A stretch of DNA of 56,090 nt, taken from Candidatus Brockarchaeota archaeon (GTDB taxonomy: Archaea; Thermoproteota; EX4484-205; JAAOZP01). Both the position numbers and the translations under genes were made by a program. Position 1 is the first letter of the stretch. Every line of letters begins with the position of its first letter. Below are positions 37,301 through 45,678 of the stretch, one piece after another. The stretch is from the NCBI GenBank assembly GCA_017601395.1, contig JAFNIQ010000005.1:1-56090 (forward strand), written 5' to 3'. The notes beneath the pieces were generated by a model. It was not told where the DNA came from. It did not search any database and was given only the letters and a program-made list of their open reading frames with translations.

Positions 37301-40300
37301 CTATCCCACTGGCTTGTGATAATAGACTGTTGTTCCGCCGATTATGTCGAAGTAAACGACAACGGCCCAGTAGCCCTCGATCTCACCAGGCCCGATGATC
37401 ACGGGGTTACCGTTACCATCAGTGAATTGAAGTTTGCCTCCCTTACTGAATAATTCATTAATCGAGTTCTTATATTTTATCGCGTCTTCTGTGGCACTAT
37501 CGAGATAATCGCCGATGAGATTCGAACTCTTAGTTGATTTGATCGAAATGATTATGTACTCACCACTTAACTTTCTACGGAGTATCACATCCAGCTCTCC
37601 CGTCTCAGTTGGCACTCTCGTGCGCACGAATTCCGTATCCTCTAGCCCAGATATCTGATTGTTTATTGCTGCATTTGCAAATATTTCCTCCCCAAAGCTT
37701 CCCAATGCCTTCGGTGAGGCATCCACGATCTCTTGGAGTTGCTCCGGGACTAGCATTGAGAGTGACCTGTGCCATATTTCGACGCTCTTTAGCACCGTAA
37801 TGTCATCAGGTATTTTAACTAGAAGTTCGCTAGTACTACCCATAGCAAATTTTTTCCTACCGGAGCTGGTTTCGTAACATGCTAGTAGCAGCAACTCGCC
37901 GCTTCCAACCCTATGCCTTAGGTCCTGAACGTTATCATATCCAAAGATTTCCTCCAGCTCTTCAATTAAAGAGATACTTGATTGACCTCTCTTTAGCTGG
38001 ATATTAAGCTCATAAGCCCCCCACACGTTCCAGTCCTTGATATGAATTGGAACTTTCATCGGATGAGGCTTTCCATATTCATAGTCTATAATCAGCGTGT
38101 TCCCCTCAACTCTAAATTCAATAACAGGATGCGCCTGTCCCCCGATAAGAACAGAAACAGTCTTGTCCTCATGGAATATAAGATATGTCTCGCGTCCCCC
38201 TTGCTTTCCGATGCTCTTATTTTTGAGCTTTACCTTCACGGATGCCCTATGATTATTACTCCACGTACTCGGCTCAACTTCCCCTAGTTCTATCTTCCCC
38301 CATGAGCCGTCCGGCCTCATTATCCAGAAACCTTCAGAAAAGCTGAAACGGTAGTTATTACCTATACACTTGAAATTTAATACGTAATTATATTGGAGGA
38401 TGGTGACTTCCACGTCCTCTCCTACTAGCTCGGCCTTAAACTCTTTTGGAATGGTAGTGTGAAGCTTGCTGGCCGCATTCTTCTTATGGCTCCACTCAAA
38501 AATCTTCCCATCTTTTCTCTTCACCCTTATTAAGTAAATCCCTGGCTCTAGCGTAATGTCCGATCTGCTGATCACACCATAATCGGGCACGGTTTCACTA
38601 AACTTGGCGAGGACTACTTCGATATCGGCCTTCACCCTGAGCAATATCTCCTCAAACTTGAGTCTAAGTTCCTCGGGCGATAGCTCTGCAATCTTTGATA
38701 ACAGCTCTGCCATCGCCTTTAGCCTTTGCTCGTCGAGTTTCGGCAACATTTCCACAAGGCTTTCCACCCATGCATTGAAGGCTTCTGAGTTCTTCAAGAT
38801 TATCGTGATCAGCACGTCGGCCATGATCTTGCCATATTGCCGTATTCCAACGACCTTAACATATTTATCGAGGAAATCAAGTCCATTCTTGGAGGAGCTC
38901 ATCTTAGTCAGGACGCCCTTAAGGTCCTCAAGCCGATCCTTCTCTAGGTTCAGCTCCGCCAGTTCTAATATAGTCTCGGCCGCCTTATCCATTTCCTCCG
39001 CATCGAGCTCCTTCATCAACTCCACGATGATTTTCGCCGCGCTGCTCGATGTTGATAATATCCGAAGGTAGCCATCAAGGAGCTTAACAGTGCTCTCGGA
39101 ATTTCTGAGATTAATCAGCACCCTTCTGAAGACAGTGAGCTCGCTCTCATCAAACTCGAGAAACTTAGGGATTATCTCAGTGATTACTTTCTTCAATAGC
39201 TCTGAATCTTTAATGTTGCCTGTTAACTTCAGGAATTCTTCAGCAAGTCCCCTGTCTTTACTACTTATTTCTTGAATATCCTTGAGGAACTTCTCGAGCT
39301 TCTCATGCCCTAGGTTCTTAATTGACTCCCCATACGCCCTAATTAAGCTGAAGAAAGTTTCTTCCCTAAGCCCCAATCTCCCCGATATCTCCAGCGCCCT
39401 ATCTACATAATCTTCAGGAGATCCCATGTTATCCAGCACAGATTTGATAGATGGCTCATTCTCCACGATTGAGCCTAAGTATTTCGTAAAGCCTTCGCTT
39501 TGCTCAAAAATCGCGATCATGCATGCGAGTCTCCTTGCCACGAGTCTAGCTCTCACCTGCTTGATTAGTAAGGCTCCGAGATCCCATATCGCTGGAGTTA
39601 ACCAGTTGTAGATTCCCCTCAATACCTCCTTTATCTTTCCACCTAGGGAGAGGAGCTTTGGCCCATGGCTGAGGAACTTGTAAAAGATCACCTCGTATTC
39701 TATCAGGGAGGTCGCGGCCCCGACCAGTCTTCCTATTGCCCTCCCTTTCTCGTATTCGGTTGCATCCTCTCTGCCAAATGCTATAAATATGTCTCTCACC
39801 GTGATGTCTGCGAGGAGGTCGAGCCCGGTGTTCCCCATGACGAGTAATTGGCTCTCCTTTACCTTCTCCTTAAGCCTCTGGAAGAAAGAATAGGTCCGCA
39901 TATACCCGAAGTAGGAGGCTCTCTGTGAGAACCCTTCGAACTCCTCAGCAACTTTATCCATCACTGCATAAGTTGAGTAAGCGTCAAACAATTCCCTGAC
40001 GTTCGCTAGCGTGCCTACCATTAGACCTATGAGCACTCCTGTTGTAACTATCTTTTTTACGTAATGAAGCAGAGAGCCTCCAGCAGTCGGTATTGCCAGT
40101 ATGATCATTACTGTTGCGGTGATTATTATCCCGGGCAGTTTTTCCTGGACTCCATCCCAGAAGCCCTTCCAGAATTCTGAAACCTTACCCGCAGTACTCA
40201 CCAAGAGCGTTGAGATAATCCTGTTTCCGTATTTCAGGCGGATGAGAATTAAAGGGCTTGCGCTCTCAAGCTGAATAATGTTCATAGGGATTGAGCCATA

Positions 40301-42409
40301 GGCCGGGATGCTGAGGACACTGCTCTTCGGCAGAACTCCAACTATTGGTCCCTGGAGGACTTCGAGCTCGTAAGCCATATTCCTTGCAGCATAGTTCTTG
40401 ACTAAGACACCCTTAACCAGGTCTCCTTGGCATATGAGCGGACGGTAAATGAGCTCTATTGTTTTCCCATGCTTAACCCTTGTCGTGGCTTTGTTAAGAT
40501 CCCACTTCTTAACCCCCGTATCCTCATACTTATAGTCATAGTCTTCCCAGTTGCTATGCTTCAGTTGCTCGTAGAGATCATCGCTGACTGTTGCGATTTC
40601 AGACTGGTTGAGAACCTCCTCCTTTAACAGCTTAACCTCGTAGCCCGGTGGTATTCTGCTAGGCTCTAATCTCTCGTCTTCGTTTAAGTGAAAGAGCTTC
40701 TTAACTTCGTCCTCTCTCAAAACTCTTTCGCATAGGAAGCGGGGCTTAACGTCGAGGAGCATGTATCTCACTTCCGGAACCTTGGGGAAAATCTCCGCAA
40801 TGTTGCTCGCATTCCCTAAAGTCAGCGTGAAGCCATTGGGGGAGATGGGGATTAAGCTTAGTCCGTCGAAGAAACTCATGGATGGAGGTGCCAGACAATT
40901 CTTCATCAGGTAGAGCTTAACTTGCGTCGCACCCTGATAGCTGGGGACAAAGACCCTCTTGGTCTCCTCATAGCCTTCAACCTCTACTAAGTACGTCCTC
41001 CATTCCTCCGGAGTTACGAAGTTTGTGGTCGAGATCGTTATAAGCGCTGTGTTCGCATGCTTCCTCCCCTCAAGATCGTAGTAGACCGCTGTAACGTTAA
41101 CTTTAGCGATGGGAGTGAGAAGCTTGGTTATTACGTTTCCTTCCCAGGTGTGCCAGACCCTTCCGACGTCAAGCTGCTTCTCCTCAACATCGCCGGTTAT
41201 GAATAGCTTAACGTCTCTGGCCTCCTGCCCGCCGGTGTTCACCAAAGTTATCGTGAGGTTCGCGAACTTAGCTAAGGCCTTGGCTTCGAGCTCAACCCTC
41301 AGCTTAGGAGCCTCAGGTAAAACTGTTATGACGTAGGTTACTGTTTTCCCACCGTTCCAGAACACTACGTCCAAGCTCTTGGGCTCGACGACGGCAAAAT
41401 AGATGGTAATCTGGTAGACTCCTGGCCTCTTAGCTCTAAGGTATAGGTATGATGCTGGGCATCCCGAGCCATATGAGAAGCCAACTGGAGGGGGAGTCCA
41501 CGCTTCAAACGCTTCTTCGTCCGAAAACCTTGCTCCAAGCAGGACCCTGAAGCCTTTAGCCTCCTGAGGATTCCTTATCTGAGCACTTATCGTTATTACA
41601 TCTCCCATTTTGACCTTCGTAGATGAGATCCCCGTGTCAACGACAAGGGGATCATGTGCGGGGAGCAGGACTCTGAACTCGCATACCTGTGACTCTACTG
41701 CTTCACGCGTCTCCTCGAAGTGACCAGACACAGCAATGATAAAGCTCTCAAAGCCAAAGTTACCTTGGGTTAAGTTAGAAAAGAGCCCGATGTTCATCCT
41801 AACCGTCTTGTTGAACACCTTCCCGGTCTTCAGGTCGATGAAGGTGAGAGTGTAAGCATCGGGGTCGACGACCCTAACCAGGTAGGTTCTTCTCTTGGGA
41901 TACCTATAGAGGATGTGGAAGAGGTTGGTTCCGTTGCTCTCATACTTTATCGAGTCTGCGTCAACATCTTTTCCATGAATATCAACCACACTATAGGGAA
42001 TTTCTACGGATACGCTTCCATCGTTGCTTTGGCAAACCTGAATTTCATCATACTTGGGGATTATCGTGTAGTTCTTGAACTCGTAGCTTATCCGCGACGG
42101 TAGCTCCAGAGTGTCATTAGCGTCGATCATCGCTCTTTGTATCCCATCCTTCGAATAACCTTCCGAAACTAGTTGGGCCACAAAGAGCCAAAGCCTTTTC
42201 GCAAGATCAGTCGGAAAACCTTCTGGTATAATGAAATTAGCTTCGGTTATTGAGCCGCTGGGTATTTGTCCTCTCTCAAGTTCTTCCTCAATCTCCTTGA
42301 GAGCAGCTAATGCATTCGCCTCTCCTCCGCGAACCCTGACGTATAGCATGGTATCAAAGTGTGAGGTTAGTATGAGGATTAAGATGATTATAGCTAGTAC
42401 CCTACGCAT
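37301..42409 (-). CDS. Large secreted multidomain protein with C-terminal PD-(D/E)xK-like nuclease (putative polymorphic toxin)
   Basis: Start MRRVLAIIILILIL (signal). Ig/CARDB-like LTITLVNTGGQEARDV; internal hydrophobic hairpin (~40000-40180); helical repeats; C-terminal GSFGEEIF..GELDVIL..IISIKST. Confidence 0.7.
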   Translation of the reverse strand: MRRVLAIIILILILTSHFDTMLYVRVRGGEANALAALKEIEEELERGQIPSGSITEANFIIPEGFPTDLAKRLWLFVAQLVSEGYSKDGIQRAMIDANDTLELPSRISYEFKNYTIIPKYDEIQVCQSNDGSVSVEIPYSVVDIHGKDVDADSIKYESNGTNLFHILYRYPKRRTYLVRVVDPDAYTLTFIDLKTGKVFNKTVRMNIGLFSNLTQGNFGFESFIIAVSGHFEETREAVESQVCEFRVLLPAHDPLVVDTGISSTKVKMGDVITISAQIRNPQEAKGFRVLLGARFSDEEAFEAWTPPPVGFSYGSGCPASYLYLRAKRPGVYQITIYFAVVEPKSLDVVFWNGGKTVTYVITVLPEAPKLRVELEAKALAKFANLTITLVNTGGQEARDVKLFITGDVEEKQLDVGRVWHTWEGNVITKLLTPIAKVNVTAVYYDLEGRKHANTALITISTTNFVTPEEWRTYLVEVEGYEETKRVFVPSYQGATQVKLYLMKNCLAPPSMSFFDGLSLIPISPNGFTLTLGNASNIAEIFPKVPEVRYMLLDVKPRFLCERVLREDEVKKLFHLNEDERLEPSRIPPGYEVKLLKEEVLNQSEIATVSDDLYEQLKHSNWEDYDYKYEDTGVKKWDLNKATTRVKHGKTIELIYRPLICQGDLVKGVLVKNYAARNMAYELEVLQGPIVGVLPKSSVLSIPAYGSIPMNIIQLESASPLILIRLKYGNRIISTLLVSTAGKVSEFWKGFWDGVQEKLPGIIITATVMIILAIPTAGGSLLHYVKKIVTTGVLIGLMVGTLANVRELFDAYSTYAVMDKVAEEFEGFSQRASYFGYMRTYSFFQRLKEKVKESQLLVMGNTGLDLLADITVRDIFIAFGREDATEYEKGRAIGRLVGAATSLIEYEVIFYKFLSHGPKLLSLGGKIKEVLRGIYNWLTPAIWDLGALLIKQVRARLVARRLACMIAIFEQSEGFTKYLGSIVENEPSIKSVLDNMGSPEDYVDRALEISGRLGLREETFFSLIRAYGESIKNLGHEKLEKFLKDIQEISSKDRGLAEEFLKLTGNIKDSELLKKVITEIIPKFLEFDESELTVFRRVLINLRNSESTVKLLDGYLRILSTSSSAAKIIVELMKELDAEEMDKAAETILELAELNLEKDRLEDLKGVLTKMSSSKNGLDFLDKYVKVVGIRQYGKIMADVLITIILKNSEAFNAWVESLVEMLPKLDEQRLKAMAELLSKIAELSPEELRLKFEEILLRVKADIEVVLAKFSETVPDYGVISRSDITLEPGIYLIRVKRKDGKIFEWSHKKNAASKLHTTIPKEFKAELVGEDVEVTILQYNYVLNFKCIGNNYRFSFSEGFWIMRPDGSWGKIELGEVEPSTWSNNHRASVKVKLKNKSIGKQGGRETYLIFHEDKTVSVLIGGQAHPVIEFRVEGNTLIIDYEYGKPHPMKVPIHIKDWNVWGAYELNIQLKRGQSSISLIEELEEIFGYDNVQDLRHRVGSGELLLLACYETSSGRKKFAMGSTSELLVKIPDDITVLKSVEIWHRSLSMLVPEQLQEIVDASPKALGSFGEEIFANAAINNQISGLEDTEFVRTRVPTETGELDVILRRKLSGEYIIISIKSTKSSNLIGDYLDSATEDAIKYKNSINELFSKGGKLQFTDGNGNPVIIGPGEIEGYWAVVVYFDIIGGTTVYYHKPVG

Positions 42410-43583
42410 CTTTTCCAAACCCCTTTTCTTTGAGGCTGGCACTACGCATTCCTTTTACAAATATGATGAACAAAGAGATTGTAAAAACTGCTAAGGAGAC
42501 CGTTAAGAACCTCATCATATTAAGTTCTTCGGCTAGCTTCTTGGCTTCCTCAACTTCATTTAGACATCTCTTTTCATAAGCCTCAAGCGAAGCTTTTAGA
42601 ACGGTTATTTCAACCTCCTTGTTGTGGAGCTTATGTCCAAAGGTTTCTCGCTCCAGCCTAGAGTTATTCAGCATCGCCTTCAGGAACTTGTTCTCATCTA
42701 TAAGCCGGAGATATTTGGAGAAGATGGTTTCGCTGAGCTTGACAGTTAGAGTTGAGGTCGAGTTTAAGGTTCTAGCGCTCAGCATAAGCCTAACTGGTTC
42801 CTTGAGACCTGAGAACATTGACCAGTTAAGCATCACATTGTAAAACCCATATTCATATGTTACTTCATGATCCTTTATTAATGAGTCAGCTTGTAGAGTT
42901 GCCTTAACTTCCGCGATATTACCTGAAGCAACTATCCTAAACGTGAGCTTAAAGCCCTCTTCTCTTACGGAAATAGAATCTACAATTATCTCAGCAAATT
43001 CGACCGCTTCCTCTCCTTCAACCCTTATCATTGCACTTCCCTCCTCATACTTCTTCAATCCTTGCCTGTAACAGTCAACAAGGAAGCTTCTTCCAGAAAT
43101 CATATCACTGTCAACTGCGACCCAAAGCTGAGTCCCATTGGGCTCAAGCATGGGGTAGACGCATACGTAGAAATTGCCATTCACGACGACGTTTGGCAAT
43201 GGGACCTTAGCCCAATCCAGGGTCGCGTTCTCAAAGTGGTTGGAGATGAGGATGGAAGACCTGAAAATCGCGTTAAAATCGCTATCCCTCACCTCTATGA
43301 TGAAAGATTTCTCGCCCTTGACCAATGCGAAGCCGTAGATGAGAAGAGCGGTTATCCTCCACCTAAGGGCGGGGGGAGTGAATTTAACGGCCATCCCGTT
43401 GGGATAGTAATCGCTCCAGAAGCATTCCGCACCCCCATCGTCATAACGCAATAGTAGACTTGAATCGGGATAGATGCATGGGGTTTGAGCCAGCATCAAT
43501 AGGGACAGAAGCGCGATCTTCATTGCTTGAGCCGCGGATTTTATCTTTCCTCCAGTCCTTGATTTATCGGCCTCGCTCCTCAT
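42402..43583 (-). CDS. Secreted/anchored protein with YDDG beta-domain, coiled coil and C-terminal TM
   Basis: Probable start 43583 with TATAAAAA just upstream. Signal-like KIALLSLLML; LRYDDG..AVKFTP; heptad region; TM FLTVSLAVFTISLFIIFV. Stop overlaps the start of the large gene (ATGCGTAG). Confidence 0.7.
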   Translation of the reverse strand: MRSEADKSRTGGKIKSAAQAMKIALLSLLMLAQTPCIYPDSSLLLRYDDGGAECFWSDYYPNGMAVKFTPPALRWRITALLIYGFALVKGEKSFIIEVRDSDFNAIFRSSILISNHFENATLDWAKVPLPNVVVNGNFYVCVYPMLEPNGTQLWVAVDSDMISGRSFLVDCYRQGLKKYEEGSAMIRVEGEEAVEFAEIIVDSISVREEGFKLTFRIVASGNIAEVKATLQADSLIKDHEVTYEYGFYNVMLNWSMFSGLKEPVRLMLSARTLNSTSTLTVKLSETIFSKYLRLIDENKFLKAMLNNSRLERETFGHKLHNKEVEITVLKASLEAYEKRCLNEVEEAKKLAEELNMMRFLTVSLAVFTISLFIIFVKGMRSASLKEKGFGKDA

Positions 43584-43871
43584 ATCATTAGAGGAGGTTT
43601 GAGGATATGTTTTTATAGCATGAGGTAAGCGAAAATTTCCGCTGACAGTCAGCGAGAATTTACCAACGGAAGATTTATATAGTAGCTTCCATCGTTGAGC
43701 CCAAAATCGCCATTTTAAACTCAGTGCATTTTGACTAAAGAAAATGCGCATCCCATATCCAGCTAGCTCCCTTGAGGACTACACGTCAAGTTCATAAACC
43801 TCTACGCTGTCAACCTTAAGCCTGAAATGCCTGTCCACCACCTACTTAAACCGTCTGGAATAGCATGTGCT

Positions 43872-44119
43872 AGAAGCTCTCGCTGTACGGGCCCTCGCTC
43901 GCTAACACTAGGTCTATCCTACTGAAGATCGTTACGACGGCATCCCTAGTTATTCCAGCCACCAAGCCAGTTTTTCTATGCGCGATTACGATGTACCATA
44001 TGTTCCCATGTTTAAGATATTCTGTAAACAGGCCTGCTTCATTCATAAGGTTCTCCGTCGAGGAGATTATTCCACTAATAGAGGAATCTGAAGCGTCCAA
44101 ACCTGAGAGGAAAGCCTAG
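43872..44119 (+). repeat. Copy 2 of the duplicated gene 3' end, with a 121-bp internal inversion (43912-44032)
   Basis: 43872-43911 and 44033-44094 are direct copies (mostly synonymous differences) of 36348-36387 and 36509-36570. 43912-44032 is the reverse complement of 36388-36508 with 1 mismatch. Confidence 0.95.
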
Positions 44120-44164
44120 GCACGTCCATCTTCAACGCCTCCTTTAAAATAAAAGTCTAAGGTT

Positions 44165-44755
44165 CTATATATTGGAGAGTAGAGCATCGTATTCCTCGTC
44201 GGTTAAAGCGTCGAGTTTCTTAAGGCTTCCCACCAGGCTTTTAAAATCGATCAACTCGTGCAACGTTATTCCCTTGCTTCTCAGCCTCTCCGCAGCACTC
44301 TTGCTCTGACACATTATTACGGCAGCCTGCTCAACAACCCCTCCTTCTGAAACGATTTTACTGGCCGTCCCCAGTATCTGCCTGCCTGTCACGACGGAGT
44401 CATCGATGACTAGAACCCTATCCCCCATTTTCAACGGTCCCTCCACAAGCTTCCCCCTGCCTCTTTCCCTAATGAGCAGCATAGGCTTACGTGTCTTGAC
44501 GCAGAGGAATGACGCGTAGGGTATTCCGGCCAACGGTACTCCTGCGACGAACTCGAAGCTGTTCAACCCGACTTTCTCCCTAACGACTCTGAGAAGCCCT
44601 GATGCGACCCGGAGGAAAACAGGCGGATGGCTTAGAATCGTAGTCAGGTCGAGTACGAACGGTTGTAGAACCCCTTCATCAGTTTTATCAGGCCATGTTA
44701 AGAAGCCGCCTGTTTTAACGAGGGTTTTCGCCACGAGGTCGACTAACCTGTACAA
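44165..44755 (-). CDS. Orotate phosphoribosyltransferase-like type I PRTase (divergent)
   Basis: VAGVPLAGIP, LVEG, RVLVIDDSVVTG PRPP loop. Confidence 0.7.
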   Translation of the reverse strand: MYRLVDLVAKTLVKTGGFLTWPDKTDEGVLQPFVLDLTTILSHPPVFLRVASGLLRVVREKVGLNSFEFVAGVPLAGIPYASFLCVKTRKPMLLIRERGRGKLVEGPLKMGDRVLVIDDSVVTGRQILGTASKIVSEGGVVEQAAVIMCQSKSAAERLRSKGITLHELIDFKSLVGSLKKLDALTDEEYDALLSNI

Positions 44756-44892
44756 ATGGTTTCCCGCTTTAAGTGTAGTAGCTTATCTTTAAGCCTTTCC
44801 AACCGGTTAAAACAACAACCGTAAAGAGGATACGTTGTGCATTAAGACTGTCTTTAAGCTAAATGCTCGCTCAGCATCGTTTCTAAAATGCC

Positions 44893-45591
44893 TTACTGGC
44901 CGATTCTATATATGAAAGGCTCCCCGACTTTAAGTATTACTATCCCTATTTTCAAGCCTTTCCTCTTCACGGAGCGTTGAAAAACGGCAAGGTCCTCGCC
45001 GTGGTAGGGTATAACTATTTTAGAGTTGGAGTTTTCAGCGGATTCAACCCATGAGGCGGCGTTAAGCATAGGGTTGAAGCCTACTGGTATGAACGTTATG
45101 TCAGGCTTCTCCTCCATAGTCACCTTTTTCAAAGCCTTTGACACTGGGGAGGAGCCTGTCTGGAAAATCTTACACCCGTTTTCAAGCGTAACCATGTATG
45201 TTACTGGCGTTGAAGCCTCGGAATTTTCACTCGGATATGATTTGATTATAAGCCCGTTGCTTACGAGCAGCTTGTTAGGCTTGGCTGCAATAAGCATCTC
45301 CTTAGGGATATGCGACCGGAGAATCCTGTAGCTTGTTTCATCAGCGATTATTTTCCCAGACTTCTTTAGAAGGCAGAGCTCTGTTATCAGGTTCTCGTCG
45401 AAATGCTCAGGCTGCTCGTCGGTTATCAGGGTGTAGTCTACAGGCTCGACTTCGCCGACGTTTATCTCGGAGGGGTTGAAGAGTAGTCTTTGCGTCTGGG
45501 TTGCAACGTATACGCATGAGTATTTGTTCAACCATGTTAACACTACTTCTGATTTACTGGGTCTAACAGTATTCAAGACCGTGTTTCCCAA
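44893..45591 (-). CDS. Metallo-beta-lactamase-fold protein with degenerate metal site
   Basis: LTWL, YTLITDEQPEHFD (at the HxHxDH position), KIFQTGSS, PDITFIPVG, VIPYHG. Confidence 0.65.
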   Translation of the reverse strand: MGNTVLNTVRPSKSEVVLTWLNKYSCVYVATQTQRLLFNPSEINVGEVEPVDYTLITDEQPEHFDENLITELCLLKKSGKIIADETSYRILRSHIPKEMLIAAKPNKLLVSNGLIIKSYPSENSEASTPVTYMVTLENGCKIFQTGSSPVSKALKKVTMEEKPDITFIPVGFNPMLNAASWVESAENSNSKIVIPYHGEDLAVFQRSVKRKGLKIGIVILKVGEPFIYRIGQ

Positions 45592-45678
45592 TTGGAGAAA
45601 CTTTTAGAAAAAAAGGGTAATAAGCATTTCCCCAAGCGACAATAGTTGAGAATAAGCTTCTACCGCTATAGAAACCGT

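Larger units (their letters stand above)
36584..43871. mobile_element. ~7.3-kb inserted cassette (toxin/immunity island) between the duplicated gene ends; no integrase inside
   Basis: Bounded by the long direct repeat; cargo is unrelated to the flanking housekeeping genes. Confidence 0.65.

Noticed and set aside
43870-44100. 76-aa minus-strand ORF sharing sequence with the 35885 protein
   Set aside because: It is a by-product of the 121-bp inversion; both ends are antisense translations. Flipping the cassette would give the host gene a nonsense tail, so this is not a functional shufflon.
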